Notes under the pieces: generated by a model | Told to the model about the DNA's origin: nothing | The model's database searches: none | What the model saw: the letters and a program-made list of their open reading frames with translations, nothing else | Assembly (NCBI RefSeq): GCF_009914755.1 | Contig: NC_060935.1 | Length of the DNA: 64,000 bases | Direction: 5' to 3' (one strand) | From: the human T2T-CHM13v2.0 reference genome, Homo sapiens | In this document: positions 43,870-64,000 of the stretch, piece after piece | Layout: every line of letters starts with the position of its first letter | Position numbering within the stretch: position 1 is the first letter of the stretch | Position numbers and translations under genes: made by a program

Positions 43870-45150
43870 ATTTTAATCTGTATTTTTTCACTGTAATCAA
43901 CTTTAACCATGAGAGTAACAGCTTTTAGTCAATTCTGTGAGTCTTTCCAGTAAAATATTGAACCCAAGAGTGGCCTTAGGGACCTCTGAACCTGCAGCTG
44001 GTGTCAGGAGTAAAGCTGGTCTTGAGGACTCCCCAACATCATATTTGGCTGGATGGTCAGGGACTTAGAACACAATTAGAGAATTGATGACAAGGAGGTC
44101 TGGGAAAGAGTTATGCAAACAGATACAGAGTACAAGGATACTTATCTCCCACATGACAGTACTTATGTCATTAGCTACTCCTATCATCGTCTCAAAGCTT
44201 GTGAACAAAACAGCCATGCACAGATAAAAGTTACACATGAGCTTACCATCATGAGTTTGGACTCACCAAAGCCAACTGGGCTACATACACTGCTGAATAC
44301 CCAGTCTGCCAACAACAGAGACCAACACTGAGCCCGATAGGATAACTCTCCCTCTAGCAGCAAGGTGAATACAACAGGCCGCTTCCATCCTGGAAGGGGC
44401 AGTGCTTTCTTCTTACTGGAATAGATACTTTGGATATGGATTTGCCTTCCTGGCATGCCATGCTTCTGCCAAAATCCCCATCATTCTGAAGTAGATGTCT
44501 GGACAGAACAGTGAACTGTCCTTTTGAAGATGTAATTACAAGTACCAGCCAGGTGACTATCCCTTGTAGGGCTGGGCTATGTCTTCCAGGATATAGTATA
44601 TGCTCTAAGTCAGCATCCAAACAATGATGATCCACAACTAGGATCCACAGGTCTGGGAATCTTAGGGAAAAAACAGGAGTGACTATTACCCTTTGTGATA
44701 AACTAGCAAAATTTTTGCTTCCCATTCCTGTGACTTTAGACTCTACCGGTCTAGAGGTTTTAGTTCGAAAAGGAGAAATACAGGGCCAGGCACAGTGGTT
44801 CACACCTGTAATCCCAGCACTTTGGGAGGCCAAGGAAGGAGGCAGGAAGACTCCTTGAACCCAGGAGTTCAAGACCAGCCTGGGCAACATGGCAGAACCC
44901 CATCTACATTTTACAAAGGAAAAAAAAAAAGAAGGAATACTTCCACCAAGGGACACAACAACGACTCACCGAACTTGAAGTTGAGACTGCTACCTCGCTG
45001 CTATGACTCCTCACTCCACTGAATGAAAAGGCATTGTATTGGCTGAAGCCACTGATCCTATCAAGGGCAAATTGGATTGGACTACACAACGGAGGTAAGA
45101 GGAAGTATGGCTGGAATGTAGGAGATCCTTGAGGGTGCCTCTTAGTATTC
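43870..45150 (+). mobile_element. ERVL/MaLR LTR-end and internal relic with a FLAM monomer at 44782-44930
   Basis: Degenerate ERVL-type internal sequence (ggaatagatactt..ggatatggatttgccttcc); Alu left monomer with A-tail. Confidence 0.55.
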
Positions 45151-46963
45151 TCCTGTTGCATGCATAGATTGCATAGTGATGAAGTCAGGGCATTTAAAGT
45201 ATTCATCACTCAAATAATGTACATTGCATCCATTAAGTAATTTCTCATCATCTGTCCTCCTCCCACCCCCTTATTCTTCTGAGTCTCTATTTTCTATTAT
45301 TCCATTCTCTACATCCATGTGTATACATTATTTAGCTCCCACTTAAAAGTGAGAACATGTGATATTTGTCTTTCTGTGCCCGACTTGTTTCACTTAAGAT
45401 AATGACTTCCAGATTCATTTATGTTGCAGCAAAAAACAAAAACAAAAACAAAAACAAAAAACACGATTTCATTCTTTCTTATGGGTGAATAGTATTCCAT
45501 TGTGTATATATACCACACTTTGTTTATCCAATCATCCACTGATAGACACAGGTTGATTACATTATCTTTAATCTTGTGAACACTGCCACAATAGACATAC
45601 AAGTGGGGGTATTTTTTATAATGATTTATTTCCCTTTGAGTAGATAGATACCTAGTAATGGGATTGCTGAATCAAATGATAGTTCTACTTTTAGTTCTTT
45701 GAGAAATCTCCATACCGTTTTCCATAGAGGCCGTACCAATTTACATTCCCCACAACAGTGCATAAGAGCTCCCTTATCTCCACATCCTCACAAGCATCTG
45801 TTAGTTTTTTAAATTTTTAATAGTAGCCATTCTGGCTGGGGTACGATAATATCTCACTGTGGTTTTAATGCCCATTTTTCAGATGATTAGCGATGTTGAA
45901 CATTTTTTCATTTACCTGTTGACCATTTGCATATCCTCTTTTGAAAGATATCTATTCATATCCTTGCCCACTTTTTAGTGGGACTATTTGTTGTTGTTGC
46001 TGAATTGAGTTCCTTGTATATTCTTGGATATTAGACCCTTGACAAATGCATATTTTGCAAATATTTTCTCGCACTGTGCAGGCTATCTGTTCATAAAGCT
46101 TTTTAGTTTAATTAACTGTCATTTGTCTTTGTTTTTATTGCTCAGGCTTTTGAGGTCTTAGTAATGAATTCTTCGCCTAGATCAATGTCCAGAAGAGTTT
46201 CCCCTAGGTTTTCTTCTAGAGTTTTTATGGTTTCAAGTTCTCCATGTAAGTCTTTAATCCATCTTAAGTTGATTTTTGTGTATGTTCAGAGATATGGGTC
46301 CAGTTTCATACTTCTTCTGCATAGGGCAAACCAATTTTCCCAGCACCATTTACTGAAAAGAGTATCTTTTCCCCGGTGTATGTTCGTGTCAACTTTGTCA
46401 AAGATCAGTTGATTGTAAATATGTGGCTTTATTTCAATATTTCCTATTCTGTTCCATTGATCTGGCTGTCTATTGTTTACGTCAGTACCAAGCTGTTTTG
46501 GTTACTATAGCGTTTTCAGTATAATTTGAAGTCAGGTAATCAGATGCCTGCAGCTTTGCAGCTTTGGGTTTTTTTTATTGTTTTTGCTTAGGATTTCTTT
46601 GGCTATTAAGGCTCTTTTTTGGTTCCATATGAATTTTAATATTGTTTGTTCTAATTCTGTGAAAAATGCTGTTGGTATGTTGATAGAGATTATAATCAAC
46701 CTGTAGATTACTCTGGCCAGTATGGCAATTTTAATGATATTAAGTCTTCTGGTCCATGAGAATGGGATGTTTTTCCATTTATTTGTGTCATCTACGATTT
46801 CTTTCACAGGTGCTTTATACTTTTCCCTGTAGAGATCTTTCACCTCCTTGGTTAAATATATTCCTAGGTATTATTTTTTATAGCTATTGTAAATGGGATT
46901 ACCTTGATGACTTCATTCTCAGCTACACTGTTATGGTGTATAGAAATGCTACTGGAAGATGTT

Positions 46964-47868
46964 GGGGGAGGAGCCAAGATGGCCGAACAGGAAGAGCTCT
47001 GGTCTACAGCTCCAAGCGTGAGAGACGCAGAAGACGGGTGATTTGTGCATTTCCATCTGAGGTACCGGGTTCATCTCACTAGGGAGTGCCAGACAGTGGG
47101 CGCAGGTTAGTGGGTGCACGCACCGTGCGTGAGCCGAAGCAGGGCGAGGCATTGCCGCACTTGGGAAGCGCAAGGGGTCAGGGAGTTCCCTTTCTGAGTC
47201 AAAGAAAGGGGTGACGGACGCACCTGGAAAATCGAGTCACTCCCACCCAAATATTGCGCTTTTCAGACCGGCTTAAAAAACGGCACACTACGAGATTATA
47301 TCCCGCACCTGGCTCGGAGGGTCCTACGCCCACGGAGTCTCGCTGATTGCTACCACAGCAGCTGAGATCAAACTGCAAGGCGGCAGCGAGGCAGGGGGAA
47401 GGGGCGCCCGCCATTGCCCAGGCTTGCTTAGGTAAACAAAGCAGCCAGGAAGCTCGAACTGGGTGGAGCCCACCACAGCTCAAGGAGGACTGCCTGCCTC
47501 TGTAGGCTTCACCTCTGGGGGCAGGGCACAAACAAACAAAAAGACAGCAGTAACCTCTGCAGACTTAAATGTCCCTGTCTGACAGCTTTGAAGACAGCAG
47601 TGGTTCTCCCAGCACGCAGCTGGAGATCTGAATACGGGCAGACTGCCTCCTCAAGTGGGTCCCTGACCCCTGACCCCCGAGCAGCCTAACTGGGAGGCAC
47701 CCCCAGGAGGGGCAGACTGACACCTCACATGGCTGGGTACTCCAACAGACCTGCAGCTGAGGGTCCTGTCTGTTAGAAGGAAAACTAACAAACAGAAAGG
47801 ACATCCACACCAAAAACCCATCTGTACATCACCATCATCAAAGACCAAAAGTAGATAAAACCACAAAG
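46964..47868. promoter_or_regulatory. L1 5' UTR CpG-rich bidirectional promoter (sense promoter plus antisense promoter pointing in the CWF19L2 direction)
   Basis: YY1 motif AAGATGGCC and RUNX3 region TGCATTTCCATCTGAGG present; many CpGs retained; ~900-bp length is the short form lacking the 129-bp ZNF93-bound segment. Confidence 0.75.
47199..47414 (-). CDS. L1 ORF0 (antisense 5' UTR ORF), 71 aa, locally frameshifted and restored
   Basis: ATG at 47414; MAGAP...NQRDSVGVGPSEPG...TRFSRCVRHPFL matches ORF0 as I recall it; 216 nt including the stop. Confidence 0.75.
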   Translation of the reverse strand: MAGAPSPCLAAALQFDLSCCGSNQRDSVGVGPSEPGAGYNLVVCRFLSRSEKRNIWVGVTRFSRCVRHPFL

Positions 47869-48884
47869 ATGGGGAAAAAACAGAACAGAAAAACTGGAAA
47901 CTCTAAAACGCAGAGCGCCTCTCCTCCTCCAAAGGAACGCAGTTCCTCACCAGCAACGGAACAAAGCTGGATGGAGAATGACTTTGACGAGCTGAGAGAA
48001 GAAGGCTTCAGACGATCAAATTACTCCGACCTACGGGAGGACACTCGAACCAAAGGCAAAGAAGTTGAAAACTTTGAAAAAAATTTAGCAGAATGTATAA
48101 CTAGAACAACCAATACAGAGAAGTGCTTAAAGGAGCTGATGGAGCTGAAAACCAAGGCTCGAGAACTACGTGAAGAATGCAGAAGCCTCAGGAGCTGATG
48201 AGATCAACTGGAAGAAAGGGTATCAGCGATGGAAGATGAAATGAATGAAATGAAGCGAGAAGGGAAGTTTAGAGAAAAAAGAATAAAAAGAAATGAGCAA
48301 AGCCTCCAAGAAATATGGGACTATGTGAAAAGACCAAATCTACGTCGGATTGGTGTACCTGAAAGTGACAGGGAGAATGGAACCAAGTTGGAAAACACTC
48401 TGCGGGATATTATCCAGGAGAACTTCCCCAATCTAGCAAGGCAGGCCAACGTTCAGATTCAGGAAGTACAGAGAATGCCACAAAGATACTCCTCGAGAAG
48501 AGCAACACCAGGACACATAATTGTCAGATTCACCAAAGTTGAAATGAAGGAAAAATGTTAAGGGCAGCCAGAGAGAAAGGTCGGGTTACCCTCAAAGGGA
48601 AGCCCATCAGACTACCAGCGGATCTCTAGGCAGAAACTCTACAAGCCAGAAGAGAGTGGGGGCCAATATTCAACATTCTTAAAGAAAAGAATTTTCAACC
48701 CAGAATTTCATATCCAGCCAAACTAAGCTTCCTAAGTGAAGGAGAAATAAAATACTTTACAGACAAGCAAATGCTGAGAGATTCTGTCACCACCAGGCCT
48801 GCCCTAAAAGAGCTCCTGAAGGAAGTGCTAAACATGGAAAGGAACAACCGGTACCAGCCGCTGCAAAATCATGCCAAAATGTAA
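47869..48884 (+). pseudogene. L1 ORF1 of copy A, disrupted
   Basis: MGKKQNRKTG start; TGA TGA at 48196-48201, 1-bp deletion in the A-run at ~48551-48555, TCG>TAG at 48627-48629. Confidence 0.95.
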
Positions 48885-48920
48885 AGACCATCGAGACTAG
48901 GAAGAAACTGCATCAACTAA

Positions 48921-52775
<3,855 letters not shown>

Positions 52776-53049
52776 ACAATGAGATCACATGGACACAGGA
52801 AGGGGAATATCACACTCTGGGGACTGTTGTGGGGTGGGGGGAGGGGGGAGGGATAGCATTGGGAGATATACCTAATGCTAGATGACGAGTTACTGGGTGC
52901 AGCGTACCAGCATGGCACATGTATACATATGTAACTAACGTGCACAATGTGCACATGTACCCTAAAACTTAAAGTATAAAACAAAAAAAAAAGAAATGCT
53001 ACTGATTTTTGTACACTGATTTTGTATCCTGAAACTTTACTGAATTTTT

Positions 53050-53540
53050 TTAAACAAATGAAACTGCAAATACAGCATACCCAAACCAGTGAGATATAGC
53101 AAAAGCAATGTTGAGAGAATTTTATAGCATTAAATGCCTACATCAACAAAGTAGAAAAATAACAAATGAAAAATAATCTAATGTGACACCTCAAGAAACT
53201 AGAGAAGCAAGAAGGAACCAACCTGAAATTAGCAGAAGAAAAGAGAGATCCGGGCAGAATAAATTGAGACCCCCCCCCACACAAAAATACAAAAGATCAG
53301 TAAGATAAAAAGTTGACTCTGAAAAGATAAACAAAATTGACAAACTGCTAGCTAAATTACCCAAGAGATAAGATCCAAATAAACAAAATCAGAAATGTAA
53401 AAGCAGACATTACAACTGATATCACAGAAATACAAAAGAGCATCAGAGACTATGATGATCAACTATATTCTCACAAACTAGAAAACCTAGACGAAATGGA
53501 TAAATTCCTGGAAACATAAAACCTTCCAAGATTGAACGAA
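53050..53540 (+). mobile_element. Old L1 ORF2 fragment (~aa 275-440), inverted relative to the adjoining antisense L1
   Basis: [13 protein letters not shown]-like sequence directly abutting the antisense piece. Confidence 0.75.
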
Positions 53541-56165
53541 CCACTGGCCTTTCTTCCCTATCTAACTCTTCCAAATCAGAATTTAAGTATTTAAGCATGC
53601 TAAAGATTCTTCTATTTTGAAAATTTGTCTGGCATACACATCCACTTGCCGTCACAGTAACTACTAAACTTCATGAATAATCATATACAGAAGAGAAGAA
53701 AGATATAAAGATATAATGATTTTATTAAACAGTGACTGACAGCTGATGATGTGTGAGGTGCCAAATTATGACTGATATTCAGAATACAACCTTGGTTAAT
53801 GTAAACTGGCAGAATGTGTTTTTCTAATTAGCAAAACTTTCCAAATAGCTAAGGGTTTACCATTTAAGTATAAAAACATTTCTTTTATAGTCATTTTGAA
53901 AGGAAATATTCCCGAACAGTGTTATAAGCTTTCCTGCCTTTTAAAATATAATAAATGAAACTTTATTCTTTTCCTGATAATACACAATAATTACTGTGAT
54001 AATAATGTATTTTAATTCAAGAATGGTGCTTCAAAATGCCAGGTGCATTCAAAATCAGAAATGTAAAAGGAGACATTACAACTGATATCACAGAAATACA
54101 AAAGAGCATCAGAGACTATGATGATCAACTATATGCTCACAAACTGGAAAACCTAGAGAAAATGGATAAATTCCTGGAAACACAACCTCCCAAGATTGAA
54201 CCATTGGCCTTTCTTCCCTTTCCAGCAACTCCTCCAAATCAGAATTTAGCTTGGCCAGAATGTAACGCCAGTTGCTTCTATGCTAACTATATCAGCAAGA
54301 GTTACACGGTTTTTTAGTTATCCATTTTTTTCTTCATTATTTGTGCTCTCTATAAAGTCTGTTGTCAGTTCTTACTGCCATAAGCTCCTTGTGGTAGTCT
54401 GTTTCTTCACTTATAATTTGATGCTTTTATTATATTTCTTTTCTAAAACTGGATAACCAAATACATTAGAATTATGTATAATATAAAAGTAGAGCTTCAG
54501 AGGCACCCTCTCTAGGTAATCAATAAATAGTTGTTGCATTTGGAACAAAAATACAAAAGCTAGGCTACAATCCATAAACATTTGACTAGTATCAAGAGAA
54601 AAAACACAAAATGCCACATTTTTAAAACCATAATGACAAACCACGAAAAAAAGACACATAGGCTTGACTTATTCCCTGGCCCACAATGACATTCTAGCTA
54701 GAAGCAACTTTTTGAATCCTGCCTCTTTTACTACTAATTCTCATTTGTATATTGCATTATTTTGATGTCAAAATATTCACAATAATTTATTACTAGAAGA
54801 AAGTAAGGACACTGATTCCATACATTTTCAAAATTACTTTAAGATTTAAAACCCAACCAAAGAAAATGATTCCAACAAGAAATTATTTTTCAAAGTGGAA
54901 CTAGAGCCAACTGCCAACTTGATAAAGACACAGAAGAGCAAATAATGATGTATTAAGACAGCATAATTATAACTGTGGTGTTAGTCTTCACCTTATGTAT
55001 TTACACTACATGAAATATAATATTACCTAGTTCTTTTACAAATAATTAAAACTAACTTTCAAGTGTTAGCTCTTTTTTAGAGACGGGATCTCACTCTGTA
55101 GCCCAGGCTGGAGTGCAGTGTTGGGATTGTAATATTAGCTTTTTGACATGGTTAGAAATATATCCACATTTCCATTATTGACATAACTACCAAATAAGCA
55201 TCCAACAAAGTCAACAGTCCTTTGACACTCAGCCTACTAATGATTAAATAACCATTAAGTTTAACTTCAGGGAAAAATCTCAAGTAAAATACATCCTACT
55301 ACAGGAACTCTAAGGTGACTGTATTTCTAAACTCTTAGGTGACAGTATTTCTAAAAGTTGTTCTTCTATTAAATCATGTACCACTGCAATACTAAAAAGT
55401 CAGCAGCTAAACAGATATGCTCAATAAATCATGCTAACTAACCAAGCCTGTTTAAAAAAGAGGGGAGGGGAGTAAGACAAGACCCACCAATGGAATTCCA
55501 TAAAATCATATTAAAATCTTGTGAGTTATCATGACAACAGAACCAAATTCTTTCATTTCCAGATTATTTGAGTCCCTTAAGTTGATTTCTTGTCTTCTTT
55601 GTTCCTCACAAAAGATTTGAGAATTAAAACTAACATATTAGAGAGAGAAGTTTATGGCACAAGAATGAGTCATTCTTTCATAAGTGATTGTTTCTTCAAG
55701 GGAAAAAAAAAAAACAACTGCATGGCCTGGGAAAAGAGAAGAAATCACTGAGGTCGAGTCACAGAATTGAGAAAACCTCATCTTAAACACTGAAAATGGA
55801 AGTGGATATTTCAGATGCCATAAATAGCATGAGATCTGACCTGTCAGCAACCAAAATTTAGGACAGTTTTTAATTCTACACTTTCTTACCATCTAAGTAA
55901 ATAAAAATAAACTTTAATGTTGGCTTTGACAAACAGGTGGCAATGTTTTTCATTAGAATATTTGTATGTCCAAAAGAATCGGGAGCATTATAACTAATTC
56001 CTGTCATCTGTGTTTTGTAATATAGATAATTTAACATTAAACTACTGAGAGACATAAGTACCTTTTATCATTTGTCTGTACAATACCTTTAAGAAAACTA
56101 TTTAACAAAAATTATTCTTTTTCGAGAAAACTGCTATTTCACGATGTTAAGATTTCTAGTTTCTC

Positions 56166-56455
56166 TTTTTTTTTTTTTTTTTTTGAGACGGAGTCTCACT
56201 CTGTCGCCCAGGCTGGAGTGCAGTGGTGCGATCTCGGCTCACTGCAAGCTCTGCCTCCCGGGTTCTCCTGCCTCATCCTCCTGAGTAGCTGGGACTACAG
56301 GCACCTGCCACCATGCCGGCTAATTTTTTGTATTTTTAGTAGAGACAGGATTTCACCATGTTAGCCAGGATGGTATCGACCTCCTGACCTCGTGATCTGC
56401 CCGCCTCGGCCTCCCAAAGTGCTGGGATTACAGGCGTGAGCCACCACGCCCGGCC
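56166..56455 (-). mobile_element. AluY with a small internal deletion
   Basis: AluY-type diagnostics; TSD TCTAGTTTCT. Confidence 0.92.
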
Positions 56456-57249
56456 TCTAGTTTCTATCTTTAGTGTTAATGGGTCATGCATATTATGCCA
56501 AGATGTAAAAAATCCTAATTCCTACCTGAATTCCTTGATAGAAAAGAGATAAGGATAGGAATTAGAAGCAGGACTCAAGACTATTCTCCCATATGACATT
56601 GACTTATGTGTAATTTTATGTATTCAATATTTAAAGTACGGCATGAATTACAGACTGATTTTTTAAAGGTGCTATTAAAACATTGCTAGTTTTATTAAAG
56701 CAAGCTAATAACATGCTCATGCCATTTGTTAAACATGAGGTTCTAGTTATACACTAAAATATACTGAAAGAATATCATCATTTTTGAAATTTAAAAATAT
56801 TTATATTCAATTCTTGATTCTGTGCACTACAAATTAATCACATGTTCCAGGAAACCTGCCCCAGGATCTGACTGCCCCTGTAACCACAGTTCTAGATGAT
56901 AAAACCTGAAGATGACAATTTCTCCGCAGCTCGGTCATTGCTGTCACCATTCTGACATTCTTAAAAAGTGATCTCTACCAAAAAAAGTGGAGAAAGCCAA
57001 CAAAAAAGGACAACAAAAATAAGAGATGAAAGATGGTCCCCCCACCTCCACGTCCAAGACATCATTTTATTCATCATCCTTTTTTGTGCTTGTTTTTTAA
57101 ATATTATTGTTGCAAAATCAAAATCACAGACATCAATGGGAACAACAGAATATATCTAAATTTTGTAGGCAATTTTGTATAATAGTGAAAAGGGGGTTTC
57201 TGGAATTCCATGCACTTGACTTCAAGTCCCAAATATGAGACTCCAGAAA

Positions 57250-57905
57250 ACAAATATTTATTGAATGCTATTATGTGTTAGTGACTATACTAGATAGAAT
57301 ATATTGGTGAGCCAATCATATGAGACTTACAGAATAGTGGGAAAGACACTAACTAAAGCATTACTCAAAGAACTGTCAAGTTATAGCTGTGATGGCAATT
57401 TGAGATGCTAACAGAGGGAGTAAACGAGTCAGAGGTAAAGGCTTCCCTGAAAGAGTTATGATAAAGATGAGATTTGTATGAATATTCTGTTTAATCAACT
57501 AGATAAAGGGGGATAAAAGGTGGCAAAAAAAAAAAGTGGAAACAGCAAATGCAGTCTGTGGCAGCAGAAAGCACATTAATTTGAGAAACTGAATGAAAAT
57601 CAACACGGATGGAGCAGAGGAAGCAAAACAAAAGAGTGTGATTCAAGATGAGTCTAAAGAGGTAGTGACCAGGCCATTCCAGGTCTTGTTAGGCCACATT
57701 TAAAAATGTGGTCTTTAGCCTAACAGCAACAAAATACCATTCAAAATGTTTAAACCTAGGGACTAAAGGATGAGATGCACATTTTGAACAAAAAAATTAT
57801 TCTGGTTTCAGTGAGATAAGAGTTAAGAAAGAAGTGAAAGAGGATAAGAAGGAATGCTAGAAAACTAGTTAGAAGGCTATTTGGTAGACCAGATAAGAAA
57901 CAAAG
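57250..57905 (+). mobile_element. L2 relic (target site of L1 copy B)
   Basis: caaatatttattgaatgc...ggcttccctga...gttagaaggctatt L2 landmarks. Confidence 0.6.
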
Positions 57906-57915
57906 ATAGCGGGTT

Positions 57916-58815
57916 GAGGAGCCAAGATGGCCAAATAGGAACTGCTCCGGTCTACAGCTCCCAGCGTGAGCGACGCAGAAGACGGGTGATTTGTGCATTT
58001 CCATCTGAGGTACCGGGTTCATCTCACTAGGGAGTGCCAGACAGTGGGCGCAGGCCAGTGGGTGCGCGCACCATGCGTGAGCCGAAGCAGGGCAAGGCAT
58101 TGCCTCACTTGGGAAGTGCAAGGGGTCAGGGAGTTCCCTTTCTGAGTCAAAGAAAGGGGTGACGGACGCACCTGGAAAATCGAGTCACTCCCACCCAAAT
58201 ATTGCGCTTTTCAGACCGGCTTAAAAAACGGCACACTACGAGATTATATCCCGCACCTGGCTCGGAGGGTCCTACGCCCACGGAGTCTCGCTGATTGCTA
58301 CCACAGCAGCTGAGATCAAACTGCAAGGCGGCAGCGAGGCTAGGGGAGGGGCGCCTGCCATTGCCCAGGCTTGCTCAGGTAAACAAAGCAGCCAGGAAGC
58401 TCGAACTGGGTGGAGCCCACCACAGCTCAAGGAGGACTGCCTGCCTCTGTAGGCTCCACCTCTGGGGGCAGGGCACAGACAAACAAAAAGACAGCAGTAA
58501 CCTTCGCAGACTTAAATGCCCCTGTCTGACAGCTTTGAAGACAGCAGTGGTTCTCCCAGCACGCAGCTGAAGATCTGAGAACGGGCAGACTGCCTCCTCA
58601 AGTGGGTCCCTGACCCCTGACCCCCGAGCAGCCTAACTGGGAGGCACCCCCCAGGAGGGGCAGACTGACACCTCACATGGCTGGGTACTTCAACAGACCT
58701 GCAGCTGAGGGTCCTGTCTGTTAGAAGGAAAACTAACAACAGAAAGGACATCCACACCAAAAACCCATCTGTACATCACCATCATCAAAGACCAAAAGTA
58801 GATAAAACCACAAAG
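57916..58815. promoter_or_regulatory. L1 5' UTR bidirectional promoter of copy B
   Basis: Same motifs as copy A; ORF0 here stops after 29 codons. Confidence 0.7.
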
Positions 58816-59832
58816 ATGGGGAAAAAACAGAACAGAAAAACTGGAAACTCAAAAAAGCAGAGCGCCTCTCCTCCTCCAAAGGAACGCAGTTCCTCACCAG
58901 CAACGGAACAAAGCTGGATGGAGAATGACTTTGACGAGCTGAGAGAAGAAGGCTTCAGACGATCAAATTACTCCGACCTACGGGAGGACACTCGAACCAA
59001 AGGCAAAGAAGTTGAAAACTTTGAAAAAAATTTAGCAGAATGTATAACTAGAACAACCAATACAGAGAAGTGCTTAAAGGAGCTGATGGAGCTGAAAACC
59101 AAGGCTCGAGAACTACGTGAAGAATGCAGAAGCCTCAGGAGCTGATGCGATCAACTGGAAGAAAGGGTATCAGCAATGGAAGATGAACTGAATGAAATGA
59201 AACGAGAAGGGAAGTTTAGAGAAAAAAGAATAAAAAGAAATGAGCAAAGCCTCCAAGAAATATGGGACTATGTGAAAAGACCAAATCTACGTCGGATTGG
59301 TGTACCTGAAAGTGACGGGGAGAATGGAACCAAGTTGGAAAACACTCTGCGGGATATTATCCAGGAGAACTTCCCCAAACTAGCAAGGCAGGCCAACGTT
59401 CAGATTCAGGAAATACAGAGAACGCCACAAACATACTCCTCGAGAAGAGCAACACCAAGACACATAATTGTCAGATTCACCAAAGTTGAAATGAAGGAAA
59501 AAATGTTAAGGGCAGCCAGAGAGAAAGGTTGGGTTACCCTCAAAGGGAAGCCCATCAGACTACCAGCGGATCTCTCGGCAGAAACTCTACAAGCCAGAAG
59601 AGAGTGGGGGCCAATATTCAACATTCTTAAAGAAAAGAATTTTCAACCCAGAATTTCATATCCAGCCAAACTAAGCTTCCTAAGTGAAGGAGAAATAAAA
59701 TACTTTACAGACAAGCAAATGCTGAGAGATTCTGTCACCACCAGGCCTGCCCTAAAAGAGCTCCTGAAGGAAGTGCTAAACATGGAAAGGAACAACCGGT
59801 ACCAGCCGCTGCAAAATCATGCCAAAATGTAA
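58816..59832 (+). pseudogene. L1 ORF1 of copy B with a single nonsense codon (R110*)
   Basis: 1017 bp, full length; TGA at 59143-59145, otherwise open to ...QNHAKM*. Confidence 0.95.
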
Positions 59833-59868
59833 AGACCATCGAGACTAGGAAGAAACTGCATCAACTAA

Positions 59869-63715
<3,847 letters not shown>

Positions 63716-64000
63716 ACAATGAGAACACATGGATACAGGAAGGGGAACATCACATTCTGGGGACTGTTGTGGGGTGGAGGGAGGAGGGAGGGATAGCACT
63801 GGGAGATATACCTAATGCTAGATGACGAGTTAGTGGGTGCAGCGCACCAGCATGGCACATGTATACATATGTAACTAACCTGCACATTGTGCACATGTAC
63901 CCTAAAGCTTAAAGTATAATAATAATAAATAAATAAATAAAAATAAAATAAAGTTACAAAATGTTTAAATTATAAAGTCAATAAATATATATTGTAACAA

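Noticed and set aside
44354-44956. 200-aa minus-strand ORF
   Set aside because: Built from antisense FLAM and ERVL relic sequence; no recognisable domain or splice support.
55306-55354. 24-bp unit repeated twice (similar case at 10558-10602) as a CRISPR-like or regulatory array
   Set aside because: Only two adjacent copies with no spacers; ordinary slippage duplications in eukaryotic DNA.

Overview
Primate, most likely human, genomic DNA; the gene identity is from memory of the protein, not a database search. The minus strand carries the last six coding exons and 3' UTR of CWF19L2, a spliceosome-associated CWF19-like protein 2 (C-terminal CwfJ domains). All six exons have canonical splice sites and phase-0 boundaries and join into 270 codons plus a stop. 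The rest is intron and downstream DNA packed with Alu, L1, L2, MIR, MaLR/ERVL and DNA-transposon relics. The most notable structure is a pair of full-length ~6 kb L1PA elements in direct orientation ~10.95 kb apart (46964-52991 and 57916-63952), antisense to the host gene. They have unrelated flanks and differing subfamily-type ends, so they inserted independently. Yet they are letter-for-letter identical over ~1.1 kb and ~0.8 kb tracts and share about 30 non-consensus amino-acid changes, including the same ORF1 stop, which points to repeated interlocus gene conversion. The left copy keeps an intact 1275-aa ORF2 and an ORF0 rescued by compensating indels; the right copy probably carries a 3' transduction. 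Smaller oddities include a spacerless inverted Alu pair, a tailless Alu with a TSD, an Alu-associated inverted templated insertion, and several local duplications. I see no evidence for a new gene family or a prokaryote-type system. Old-repeat boundaries and subfamily names are approximate.
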